From: a virus
Taxonomy: Duplodnaviria > Caudoviricetes
Direction: 5' to 3' (one strand)
Virus record (IMG/VR): IMGVR_UViG_3300035670_001089
Location: 1 to 26,726 of that record
Length of the DNA: 26,726 nt
In this document: in pieces, positions 7,516 to 16,571 of the stretch
Numbering within the stretch: the stretch's first letter is position 1
Layout: each line of letters starts with the position of its first letter
Program-made: the position numbers and the translations under genes
Notes under the pieces: model-generated
The model's input: the letters and a program-made list of their open reading frames with translations, nothing else
The model's database searches: none
What the model was told of the DNA's origin: nothing

Positions 7516-8183
7516 ACATCACAGTACTCACTCCTACGATTGGCACTAAAGACCTTGAGCGATGCGTTAATAGCGTATCGACTCAGACAATAAACAACAC
7601 ACACAGCGTCCGGCATTTAGTCGTGGCCGATGGCAAGCAGTATATTGCCGATGCAACTAAGTACGCAATGAAAGGATGGCAGGGTGAAGGACTTACGCCT
7701 CGCATATACACCGTGCCTGACAATACCGGTGGTGGTGGATGGTATGGTCATCGTATCTATGCCTACTACTCACAGCTACTGGACTGCGACTACTTGTTTC
7801 TATTGGATGAAGATAACACATACGATCCTGAGCATATTGAAAGCCTGATACCTATCGCAGACACATATGGCTTTGCATGGTCATTGCGTAAAGTCTTCAA
7901 GAAGGATGGCGAGTTTATGGGATATGATAACCAAGAGTCTATTGGGCTGCACCTAAACGGACAAGGTTATGCTCTGGTTGATACATCGTCATGGTGCTTC
8001 CGTAGCGATGCCATCCCTATGCTTACCAATATCTGCGGACAATGGGGCGCTGACCGTCAACTTACGAGCGCAATGCTTGCACGATATGGATCGCTTGTAG
8101 AAGCCTGTAGCAATAAGCATACCATGAATTACTACGCACCTGATAACCTAATTGATTACTTCACACAAATCTGTACTCCTTGA
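7512..8183 (+). CDS. glycosyltransferase, GT2/GT-A fold
   Basis: ITVLTPTIG..L.RCV.SV..QT, HLVVADG, DxD motif FLLDEDN, WGADR. Confidence 0.85.
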   Translation: MNITVLTPTIGTKDLERCVNSVSTQTINNTHSVRHLVVADGKQYIADATKYAMKGWQGEGLTPRIYTVPDNTGGGGWYGHRIYAYYSQLLDCDYLFLLDEDNTYDPEHIESLIPIADTYGFAWSLRKVFKKDGEFMGYDNQESIGLHLNGQGYALVDTSSWCFRSDAIPMLTNICGQWGADRQLTSAMLARYGSLVEACSNKHTMNYYAPDNLIDYFTQICTP

Positions 8184-8833
8184 AGCCTATAATCCTATCG
8201 CCTTACATGGCAAACGTCAACCCTGCGGTAAAGCAAGCGCAGTTACGTGTTATGAACAAGCTATGTACCGAGATACCATTCCATCAGGTACTTACAACTA
8301 AGCGACACGGTGATACGTTAGACAACCTTGCACGCTCGTGTATGGCTAAGGGTTACGATACGGTTATGTTTATGGATATTGATGCTATACCCTTATCAAG
8401 CTATGCTATAGAATACACCTTGCAGAAAGCACATCGTGGGCATCTGATAGGCAACATCCAGCGATCCAATCACATACAAAACGATCAGCACGTATTTGTT
8501 GCTCCATCGTTTATGGCTATGCAGTTAAACTACTGGACTTGGGCAGGTCAACCATCGTTTGTAGAGACAGCTCGTGGTGATGTAGCTGAAGAAGTTACTT
8601 ACGCATGGGAAGATAAAGGCTGGCCTATGCAGATGTTTATGCCTACAGGCTTTGAGCAAGCACCACTTGAAGTACCACAGTGGAATCTCAAAGACGGTAT
8701 GCCTCCATTCGGATGCGGTACAACCTTCGCACTTGGCATGACGGATATGTCTTATCACGCATTTCAGATACGTACAGGCAACATGGTTGAGAGATTCTTG
8801 ACCAAATGTGAACAAATTATAGCAGAAAATTAA
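8180..8833 (+). CDS. putative glycosyltransferase, GT-A fold
   Basis: HG..LD, DxD motif MFMDIDAIPL, APSF, RGDVAE; TTG start overlapping the previous stop. Confidence 0.7.
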   Translation: MKPIILSPYMANVNPAVKQAQLRVMNKLCTEIPFHQVLTTKRHGDTLDNLARSCMAKGYDTVMFMDIDAIPLSSYAIEYTLQKAHRGHLIGNIQRSNHIQNDQHVFVAPSFMAMQLNYWTWAGQPSFVETARGDVAEEVTYAWEDKGWPMQMFMPTGFEQAPLEVPQWNLKDGMPPFGCGTTFALGMTDMSYHAFQIRTGNMVERFLTKCEQIIAEN

Positions 8834-8835
8834 AA

Positions 8836-8890
8836 TATATTTTTGCTTTTGTTGTATATTTTGTATAAAGGTTTGTACCTTTGGTGTGAA
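8836..8890 (+). promoter_or_regulatory. putative promoter for structural genes, Bacteroidota-type -7 box
   Basis: TACCTTTG (8876-8883) and TATTTTTG (8838-8845) match TAnnTTTG; TTG lies 21 nt upstream of the first; T-rich intergenic gap. Confidence 0.55.
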
Positions 8891-8910
8891 CTATTCATCA
8901 AGGAGCCTAT

Positions 8911-9159
8911 ATGCCAAAAGCTGAACTGGGAGCATCAACATACTTCGTGCCGGTAACTCCCGACAATACAAATGCTCTATCTTATTCCACAAGAGCATTG
9001 TACGTAGGCACAGCAGGGAATCTCAACGTATCTGCGTATGATAACTCAGACGTTGCCACCATGTTCATTAACGTATCTGCTGGTACTGTGCTTGACATTG
9101 CCGTAAGCAAAGTTTACGACACGGGTACAACTGCATCCAACATTGTCGCTTTAGTTTGA
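8911..9159 (+). CDS. head-spike base protein, RcGTA Rcc01079 (GhsA)-like
   Basis: VTPD...TRALYVGTAGNL.V...F.NV.AGT.L.I.V.KV..TGTTA.NIVAL pattern; 82 aa; AAGGAG RBS. Confidence 0.75.
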   Translation: MPKAELGASTYFVPVTPDNTNALSYSTRALYVGTAGNLNVSAYDNSDVATMFINVSAGTVLDIAVSKVYDTGTTASNIVALV

Positions 9160-10454
9160 GTGCTGCCTTAGCTCTATACGATCCACAGGTCGATCTTGTG
9201 ACCACGATGAAGCCGTACCAATCGGACTTCGTTGCTGGTGATACACGTTTTGTGGCAATCGTAGGTGCTAAGGGATCAAGTAAGACATGGAGCGGTGCAA
9301 GGTTTGTCATCAACGAGATTGATCGACAGCCAAAGTCACAGGGCTTGCTTATGTGGAATACACTACAGCAGGCACGTGATGTCTACTATCAGGACATCGA
9401 GCCGTTAATGAAAGAGCTTGGACTGCGTTACTCGTTTAACCAGTCCACAATGATTCTAAACTTGGAAGGATCAATCATTCACTTGCGTAGCGCAGAAGCA
9501 GATGTTATCAAGCGTATCGAGTCTATAGCCTATTCATGGGGCTGGGCTGATGAGGCATCGTTCTATCCGGACGATAGCCTGCGCACATTTGTATCACGCA
9601 TACGTAAAGGTGAAGCACGTGTACGCATCACATCGATGCCTGATGATCCTGATGCTTTCATCTATAGCTTCCTCGAGAAGCAAGATGCCAAAATCTACGA
9701 GATTGGATTGTTTGACAATCCCGACAAGAAATTCCGTGAGCGTTACGAATCATTCTTGCGTAGCACATACGATGGCGCTATGCTTGATCGTTTCCTTTAT
9801 GGCAAACGTGTATCACTTACAGGCTTAGGTGCTTTTGCTGTTGAACAAAGCCACCGTATAGACACGCCTTATGATCCCAACAATGATTTGTATTTATCTT
9901 GGGACTTCAACGTAGAATATCGTGCAGTATCCGCATGGCAGATCGTTGCTCGTTCGGATGATGCTAAACCAATTACCGCTTGCGTTCGCTCATGGCAAAT
10001 GAAACAGCCTACCGTATATGAAGATGCGCAGGAGCTATGCAATGAGCTGAAAAACCACAAAGGCAATCTCATTCTCCTTGGCGATGCAAGCGGTGCTAAT
10101 CGTACAGCGCTTACTACGTCATCAATGTGGTCAGCCGTCAAAGAGACATTCAGCCAAGCCTTTGGTGATCGTCTGCGCTTCCGTGTACCCTTGTCGAATC
10201 CAAACGTTAAAGACACCGTACAATGTGTGAACTGGGCGCTGCGCAATAACCTTGTGCGCTTTGATCCATCCGAGCGTAATGTCTTTCAGTCGCTATCGGC
10301 TGCGAAACTTGACAAGTACGGCGACATCGACAAGAGTGGCGATAACAAACCATCAGGCGCTAAATCTCACGAAACAGACACGGCACGATACATACTCTGG
10401 GAAATCTACGGACGTATGTATGCCGGTAACAGAAATTCTTATTGGATCGTTTAA
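9156..10454 (+). CDS. terL: terminase large subunit
   Basis: PYQ adenine-binding motif, Walker A GAKGSSKT, Walker B WGWADEA, nuclease motifs WDFN, GDASG, HETDTARY; directly before portal. Confidence 0.92.
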   Translation: MSAALALYDPQVDLVTTMKPYQSDFVAGDTRFVAIVGAKGSSKTWSGARFVINEIDRQPKSQGLLMWNTLQQARDVYYQDIEPLMKELGLRYSFNQSTMILNLEGSIIHLRSAEADVIKRIESIAYSWGWADEASFYPDDSLRTFVSRIRKGEARVRITSMPDDPDAFIYSFLEKQDAKIYEIGLFDNPDKKFRERYESFLRSTYDGAMLDRFLYGKRVSLTGLGAFAVEQSHRIDTPYDPNNDLYLSWDFNVEYRAVSAWQIVARSDDAKPITACVRSWQMKQPTVYEDAQELCNELKNHKGNLILLGDASGANRTALTTSSMWSAVKETFSQAFGDRLRFRVPLSNPNVKDTVQCVNWALRNNLVRFDPSERNVFQSLSAAKLDKYGDIDKSGDNKPSGAKSHETDTARYILWEIYGRMYAGNRNSYWIV

Positions 10455-11656
10455 TGGCATCACTGAGAGACTTGATATTCAAATCAGCAGAAGAGCGCAG
10501 ACAAGCCAAGATGGTTCCGTCTCGTGCTTATGAGGCTATGATATGGGGCAAAGGATGGGAAGACTATACACGTTGGGATAAGAAGAAATTAATCGAGCAA
10601 GGCTTTGAGCGTAATGCTCCATTCTATTCGGCTGCAATGCTCTTATCACGTACTGTGGCATCTATGCCGATATACATTGATGCTAAGAAATCCGGCAGAG
10701 GCGTAAGCACAGACACGCATCCAATACTATCTTTGATGAACCGTAATATGCCAATGGATCAGTTTGTCCAGATGGTTACGCTATGGCTCATCACAACAGG
10801 CGAATCGTACATCAACATCGTCAAGAGCGATCACGACAATCGTCCGCTTGGTCTTGTGCCTATCCCTGCACAGAATATAGATCCGATACAAGGTGACTAT
10901 CTCAAGCCTATCGTTGGCTACAAGTACACCGAGAATCGTGAGATCTACTTTGCTGAAGACGAGATTATATTCATTAAGCTGCCCAACCTACGTGAGTACT
11001 TTCACGGCATGAGCGCTGGCGTTCCGCTTGGCGAGATTATCGACCTACACAATGCAGCTATCACGTGGAATAAGAACGTGGCTCTTGGTGGTGGTGTGCC
11101 TCCAATCATTGCTACAGCTCCGGGCATTACGCAGGAAGAATCAAACAGACTTAAAGATGCATGGCAGATGCAAGGTGGCGCTGCTAATGCACACAGGCTG
11201 AAGATCGTAAGCGAGAACCTTACACTACAGCGCTTTTCAGATAAGCCACAGGAAGCCGAATGGAGCGAGGCAGTACAACAGTCGATGCGTATGATCGTGA
11301 TGGCTCTGGGACTAAGTAGCGAGCTTCTCAACGATGCTGCAAACAAGACCTACTCCAACTTCCAAGAAGCACGTAAGGCTTTGTACATGGAAGCTGCCAT
11401 ACCGCTTGGCAAGATGATCTATGCGGCTATTACAAGAGCATTACAACCGTTTTATTCAGATAATCCGGTCATTGAAATTGACACGGACAAGATTGACGCC
11501 ATCCAAGAGGATCGTGCGCTCGTTATCGATAGGTTGACCAAAGCCGTTGCGGCTGGTATCATTACTGCGAATGAAGCTCGTGAAGAGCTTGGATATACGC
11601 CTATCGAAGAAGGTGAAGATGTTATAACAACAACCCAAACAACTACAACAGAATAA
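10454..11656 (+). CDS. portal protein, HK97 family
   Basis: VASMPI, GESYI, DEIIFIK.PN...FHGMS, GAANAHR, TYSNFQEA, GIITANEAREELGY.P; start ATG 10454 overlaps the TerL stop. Confidence 0.93.
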   Translation: MASLRDLIFKSAEERRQAKMVPSRAYEAMIWGKGWEDYTRWDKKKLIEQGFERNAPFYSAAMLLSRTVASMPIYIDAKKSGRGVSTDTHPILSLMNRNMPMDQFVQMVTLWLITTGESYINIVKSDHDNRPLGLVPIPAQNIDPIQGDYLKPIVGYKYTENREIYFAEDEIIFIKLPNLREYFHGMSAGVPLGEIIDLHNAAITWNKNVALGGGVPPIIATAPGITQEESNRLKDAWQMQGGAANAHRLKIVSENLTLQRFSDKPQEAEWSEAVQQSMRMIVMALGLSSELLNDAANKTYSNFQEARKALYMEAAIPLGKMIYAAITRALQPFYSDNPVIEIDTDKIDAIQEDRALVIDRLTKAVAAGIITANEAREELGYTPIEEGEDVITTTQTTTTE

Positions 11657-11659
11657 GCC

Positions 11660-13159
11660 ATGCCATTTGAAGTTATTAAAGAGTCTTGCAACATGGAGTC
11701 CGGCGAATCCGGATCTGCCATGATCTACAAGCTCGAAGGCGATGAGCGTACACCTTTTGCCTGCCATGCGGATGAGGCATCGGCTTACGCTGCTATAGCT
11801 GCCATTGAGGCTGCTGAAGAAGCTAAGGAATTAGACGACATTCTTGCTAAGATGGAAGATATGATGGGCGATGAAGAGCCAAAGCAAGATAGCTACTCTG
11901 ATTACGGTGAAGAAGTACGCAACAATGCTAAAAGAGGTATTGAATTAAACGATGCCGTCAACAATCGCTGCGCTACATCCGTAGGCAAAGTACGTGCGCA
12001 ACAACTCGCAGATGGCGAGCCTATCAGCGTTGAAACAATTAAGCGTATGTATTCTTATCTTTCACGCTCTGAGCAAGTGTACCGTGAAGAGCAAGATGAT
12101 TCGGAAGCCTGCGGAAACATTAGCTATCTTTTATGGGGCGGTCTTGCCGGTCTTGCATGGTCAAAAAGCAAGCTACGTGAACTGGGCGAACTTGAAGAGG
12201 AGAAGCAAGAGATGACCGAAGAGGAAACAATGCAACAAGACCAAGAGATGATTGAAGAGGCTAAGTCTTACGATCTTGGCGATATGGTGCAGTTTATGAT
12301 GGATGAGGAGCTATGCACAGGCGTTGTCGAGAATATCGATGAGGAAGCCGATGTATACACCGTCCGCAAGTATGCCGTTGCCGGTGATGAGTACGAGCCT
12401 ACAGACAAGCTCTACAACCTATCAGGCGAAGAGCTTATGCCTATGACTGAAGAGGATATTGAAGACGGCACGCTTGAAGGTGAAGCATCAATGGATGAGC
12501 CTAAAGAGATGCACGAAGAAGAAGATATGCTTAAAGGTCGTATTATGGCTAAGATGCGAGAAGTGAAAATGGAAGTCGTTGAGAGCGAAGAGGAAGGCAA
12601 GATTGGAATGATCGAAGGCTATGCCTCAACCTACGGCAACACTGACCTTGGTGGCGATGTTGTTGAGAAGGGTGCTTTTACACAAACGCTTAAGCACAAG
12701 AACAACACCGTGCCTTTGCTTCTTGACCATGGCTACAAGACCAGCGATATTGCCGGTATTGCATATCTCAATGATGATGAGAAGGGGCTGTACCTAAAAG
12801 CTGAGATGCCATTGGATATTCCAGAAGTAGCTAATGCATATAAGAAAACGAAATTTATGATTGAGCGAGGTGGCAAGATGGGTCTATCTATCGGATATGA
12901 CACCATCAAAGCTATGCCGGGCGAGGATGGTACACGCAGACTCAAGGAGCTTGCGCTGCATGAAGTATCCATCACACCATTCCCGATGAATACTGATGCT
13001 CAGATCATGGCTGCAAAAGCACGCAAAAACAGTGCTACTGCTAAGCCTAAACCAAAGAACGTAACACGCCGCAAGGCAGTAACGCTTCCGCAAGACGATT
13101 TTAAATCACTTGTGGATGAAATCAAACAACTAATAACATCATTCAAGGAGAGCGAATAA
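11660..13159 (+). CDS. HK97-type prohead protease with long multi-domain acidic N-terminal extension
   Basis: C-terminal protease: IEGYASTYGNTDLGGDVVEKGAF, LLLDH (His), GLSIGY (Ser), LHEVSITPFPMN; about 310 extra N-terminal residues. Confidence 0.9.
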   Translation: MPFEVIKESCNMESGESGSAMIYKLEGDERTPFACHADEASAYAAIAAIEAAEEAKELDDILAKMEDMMGDEEPKQDSYSDYGEEVRNNAKRGIELNDAVNNRCATSVGKVRAQQLADGEPISVETIKRMYSYLSRSEQVYREEQDDSEACGNISYLLWGGLAGLAWSKSKLRELGELEEEKQEMTEEETMQQDQEMIEEAKSYDLGDMVQFMMDEELCTGVVENIDEEADVYTVRKYAVAGDEYEPTDKLYNLSGEELMPMTEEDIEDGTLEGEASMDEPKEMHEEEDMLKGRIMAKMREVKMEVVESEEEGKIGMIEGYASTYGNTDLGGDVVEKGAFTQTLKHKNNTVPLLLDHGYKTSDIAGIAYLNDDEKGLYLKAEMPLDIPEVANAYKKTKFMIERGGKMGLSIGYDTIKAMPGEDGTRRLKELALHEVSITPFPMNTDAQIMAAKARKNSATAKPKPKNVTRRKAVTLPQDDFKSLVDEIKQLITSFKESE

Positions 13160-14326
13160 ATGAACGCTGACCCTAAAAATGAGTTTCGTAATCTTGCGGC
13201 TGAGTTAAAAGAAGCCGTTCTTAACAAGAACCAAGAGCAAATTGGTAAGGTAAACGAAAGACTCGATGCACTTGAGTTGAACCTCAAGAGCGCTGCTACT
13301 CCAGCTAAAAGCGAAGGACGTGGCGAAGACACCAAAATGTTTGTAGAAGCTGCAAAGCTTTTTGCAAAAGGCGGTGTAACTGCTGTCGAAGCTAAATTCG
13401 GCAAAGATGCTAAAGTAGGTGCTATCCGTAACGGCGAAACCAAGAGCGACAACCTTGTACGCTTTGACCTTGCTGCTGCTGGCGCTTTGTTACTTCCTGC
13501 CGAGATGTCAGCCGACATCAACCGTCAGGTAGTTGAAATTAGCCCTGTACTTCAAGTTGCTAAAGTTATCAACACAAGCGCACCTATTTACCGTCAAGCA
13601 CAACGCAATGACAGCCTTACCGCTTCATGGTTAGAAGAAGATGCATCTGGCACTAAAGTCAAAGACACCTTTGGCTATGTTGATATTCCTGTTCACAAAC
13701 TTGCTGCTCGTGTAGCTTGGACAATCGAACAAGAACAAGATGCTGCCTACGACTTAGCTAACGAGATCAACCTTTCGATCCGTGAGCAATTCGAGAAATC
13801 ACTTGGCACTGCCTTCATCAACGGTGATGGCGTTAAGAAGCCTTCCGGTCTTGTTGGTAACGTAACTAACTACGCACCAACAGGTTCGCTTACATTGACA
13901 TCTGACTTGCTCATCCGCTTCCAAAGCCAGCTCAAGTCATTCTACCAAGCTAACGCATCATGGATGGCTAACCGCCAAACCTATGCTGCTATCCGTCAGC
14001 TTGTTCTTAGCTCAACCAACGGTCTTCAGTACACTTGGGAGCCTTCATTCCAAGCTGGCGTTCCTGCTCGCTTGTTAGGCAACCCAATCTTCGAAGCTCC
14101 AGACTTGGTTGGTAGCGTTACCGGCGTATTCACAAATGGTCAAGTGCCATTGCTATACGGCGACTTTGGCAACGGTTACACCGTAGCACGTCACACTGAC
14201 TTCTATGTCATCCGTGACCAATACAGCGAAGCATTCAGCTTTGTAACGAACCTACACGTAATGAGCCGCTTCGGTGGATCTGTTGTGCGTAGCGAAGCCA
14301 TTGCTCAATTCACAGCAACAACCTAA
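13160..14326 (+). CDS. major capsid protein, HK97 fold
   Basis: N-terminal coiled-coil delta region, GALLLP.E...I, AFINGDGVKKPSG, WMANR, LLGNPI, LYGDF, RDQYS, RFGG.V. Confidence 0.95.
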   Translation: MNADPKNEFRNLAAELKEAVLNKNQEQIGKVNERLDALELNLKSAATPAKSEGRGEDTKMFVEAAKLFAKGGVTAVEAKFGKDAKVGAIRNGETKSDNLVRFDLAAAGALLLPAEMSADINRQVVEISPVLQVAKVINTSAPIYRQAQRNDSLTASWLEEDASGTKVKDTFGYVDIPVHKLAARVAWTIEQEQDAAYDLANEINLSIREQFEKSLGTAFINGDGVKKPSGLVGNVTNYAPTGSLTLTSDLLIRFQSQLKSFYQANASWMANRQTYAAIRQLVLSSTNGLQYTWEPSFQAGVPARLLGNPIFEAPDLVGSVTGVFTNGQVPLLYGDFGNGYTVARHTDFYVIRDQYSEAFSFVTNLHVMSRFGGSVVRSEAIAQFTATT

Positions 14327-14346
14327 GCTAAAGGAGAAATATACTA

Positions 14347-14745
14347 ATGGCATCATTTGACTTAGGCAATAAAATCAAGGGCGCTGCTGCTCTTGTGCCA
14401 CAAACTGCTGGCGTTGCTAACATCAATAGCTTGGCTGTTGACACCCAAGGCTTCGAGAGCGTTGCATTTGTTGCAACCATTGGCTCTGGCAACACCAATG
14501 CTACTATCAACGCAGTCATGGCTTTCTACGAGAGCGATGACGATACTCGTGCTAATGCAACTGCATTGTCTGCATCACGCATTATCGAAAACCCAACCCT
14601 CAACGCTGCTAACACTACGTTCACGGCTTCTGTCGTGCCTACCAAGCGTTATGCTTTCGTTGAACTTGATCCTGCTGCTACTTTCGGTTCTGCCGTAAGC
14701 ATCACAGCGATCTTGGGCGATCCTCACAATGCACCGACCCTCTAA
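14347..14745 (+). CDS. putative capsid decoration/cement protein
   Basis: Ala/Thr-rich beta protein directly after MCP, VDT.GFE...ESDD...KRYA pattern, strong AAGGAG RBS, codon use like MCP. Confidence 0.6.
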   Translation: MASFDLGNKIKGAAALVPQTAGVANINSLAVDTQGFESVAFVATIGSGNTNATINAVMAFYESDDDTRANATALSASRIIENPTLNAANTTFTASVVPTKRYAFVELDPAATFGSAVSITAILGDPHNAPTL

Positions 14746-14752
14746 ATGCAAA

Positions 14753-14774
14753 GGGGAGTGCTTCGGCACTCCCC
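14753..14774 (+). terminator. GC-rich hairpin with cUUCGg tetraloop (weak terminator or mRNA stabiliser)
   Basis: GGGGAGTGC-TTCG-GCACTCCCC, perfect 9-bp stem; no U tract on the + strand. Confidence 0.65.
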
Positions 14775-14795
14775 AATGCTTAGCTTAAAAAAACC

Positions 14796-15008
14796 ATGAA
14801 GATCAAATTCAAAGACTCCACCCACCTATGCTATGACGGCGTTCACATACGTAAGTATGAGCCGGGCAAAGTTTATGAGCCAACACACGCTCACGAGAAA
14901 TTAATGTTTCAAGCCGCATTAGATAAAGGCGAAGCCGTATTTGCCGATGCTGCTATTGAGACCGAAGACAAGCCTAAAATAAGCACACCAAAATCTAAGA
15001 AAGCCTAA
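14796..15008 (+). CDS. hypothetical head-region protein
   Basis: 70 aa with basic C-terminal tail, typical position between head and connector genes. Confidence 0.7.
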   Translation: MKIKFKDSTHLCYDGVHIRKYEPGKVYEPTHAHEKLMFQAALDKGEAVFADAAIETEDKPKISTPKSKKA

Positions 15009-15010
15009 AT

Positions 15011-15643
15011 ATGTCAGGCATTTACCAAGGTACAGGCGCATTTATTAGACGTGGTTTTGACTCCATTACCGGAGCTTATAGCGTCAATACATTTCCAACG
15101 CAAACAATTATATCAACTGATCCAAAGGATTATGTGATAACCTTGGGCAATGCCAAAGAGATGTTGCCGGTTAATACAGACGTACACGACAGCTTGATTA
15201 CAATGCTCATTGAAGCCACCACAGATCAGGTAGAACGTTACATTATGCGAGATACTTATCAACGTACTCGCTTGTCATATTACGAGCGTCCTGCGGAAAA
15301 TATATGGCTGCCTTACGGTGTGCATGGTAACATCACCAGCGTAGTATCTATCGATGAAGATGGAAATGAAACAACGCTTACGGCTGGATCTGATTATGTA
15401 GTGTATGGCATTGAGTTTAAGGGCTTACGCTTGCTCACGGCTGCGCCTTATCTCAAGGTAACATATCAAAGCGGATATGGATATGGCGAATGCCCAAGCG
15501 CTATTAAATCTGCAATCATGCAGGAGCTAAGCCTACAGTACAAGAACCGCCAAGATCCTAATGCTCCAGGTCGTGTTGTCGTCAACAACCTAAGCGTAGA
15601 GTCACGTAATCTATTAATCAGCTATATTCGTCACGTTGTCTAA
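15011..15643 (+). CDS. head-tail connector/adaptor (gp6/gp15-like)
   Basis: ITL..AKE.L.V....HDSLIT.LI.A....VERY, VTY.SGYG...P.AIK.AI. Confidence 0.85.
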   Translation: MSGIYQGTGAFIRRGFDSITGAYSVNTFPTQTIISTDPKDYVITLGNAKEMLPVNTDVHDSLITMLIEATTDQVERYIMRDTYQRTRLSYYERPAENIWLPYGVHGNITSVVSIDEDGNETTLTAGSDYVVYGIEFKGLRLLTAAPYLKVTYQSGYGYGECPSAIKSAIMQELSLQYKNRQDPNAPGRVVVNNLSVESRNLLISYIRHVV

Positions 15644-16101
15644 TGCAAGAGTTGATGATTAAAATAGCGATTGATCTAAACGACAAGCTGGCTACGCTTA
15701 ACCAAATTGCTACGCCACAGATTGCCGATAAGATCGATCAGCAAATGAAAGATAATACCGCTACCGGTAAAGCCTTTGGCAATGATCGCTATGATAATCA
15801 GTATGTAGAAAGCTACAAAAAGGTACGTAGTCGTGCTGGCGTAGGAACATCGCCTGTTACTATGCGTTTTAAGTCTAAGCGGATTGAGCAAACAAATATA
15901 GAAACAACCGGAACAGGATCAACGATTAGCTTTGCGGATGACAAAGCTGGCGTGATATTCAAGTACCATCATGATGGTATTGATTATAAGCGAGTCAAAG
16001 AACGTGTACGATCCATATTTCCTAAGTCAGATCAAAGCGTACCACAAGAGATACGTGATTTTGCAACACGAATAATAGGAGATATACTACGTGGGCGTTA
16101 G
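15643..16101 (+). CDS. putative neck/tail completion protein
   Basis: Position between connector and putative tail terminator; basic composition. Confidence 0.5.
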   Translation: MQELMIKIAIDLNDKLATLNQIATPQIADKIDQQMKDNTATGKAFGNDRYDNQYVESYKKVRSRAGVGTSPVTMRFKSKRIEQTNIETTGTGSTISFADDKAGVIFKYHHDGIDYKRVKERVRSIFPKSDQSVPQEIRDFATRIIGDILRGR

Positions 16102-16564
16102 CCGTCAGATATTACAAAGACTTTCATCCTCGATGCAGACAGCGCTCAACGAGCGTTATGTCACATACGAGCTATACCGTCAAAGCCTGCAAGACTTAGA
16201 AAGCCGTGCCGATATACGTGATGCACGTATTGCTATCTACGAGCAAGCTGAGAACGTTACTACTAAAGTAGGCGACTTTCGTGCTAACCTTGCACAGGCG
16301 ACTTATTCCATAGATATTAGCGTTATTAAAGGATACATCAATAACAACGCACAAGATGCTGAGCTACGACTGCTGGATCTAAAAGACAAAATCATGGACT
16401 GGGCAGCAACTGTTCAGCCGGCTATTTTATCGGACGAGTATGTTCATTATTTTAGCTATCAACAGCAAACAGGCATACAGCGCAATCCGAAATTCGTGAC
16501 AGCTACACTTGTCTTTGTAGCACAACGAGATTACTACAAACCACAAAACGCAAACCTAACATAA
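16091..16564 (+). CDS. putative tail terminator protein
   Basis: 157 aa directly upstream of the putative tail tube gene; synteny only. Confidence 0.5.
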   Translation: MGVSRQILQRLSSSMQTALNERYVTYELYRQSLQDLESRADIRDARIAIYEQAENVTTKVGDFRANLAQATYSIDISVIKGYINNNAQDAELRLLDLKDKIMDWAATVQPAILSDEYVHYFSYQQQTGIQRNPKFVTATLVFVAQRDYYKPQNANLT

Positions 16565-16571
16565 TACCGCA

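Noticed and set aside
7512-8833. DNA hypermodification role for the glycosyltransferases
   Set aside because: Not favoured, though not excluded: no base-hydroxylating or nucleotide-modifying partner is in the window, and the genes lie in packaging/late regions rather than the replication module.
5193-10454. Inteins or introns in DnaB or TerL
   Set aside because: Both are of ordinary length (436 and 432 aa) with contiguous motifs and no splicing or homing endonuclease signatures.
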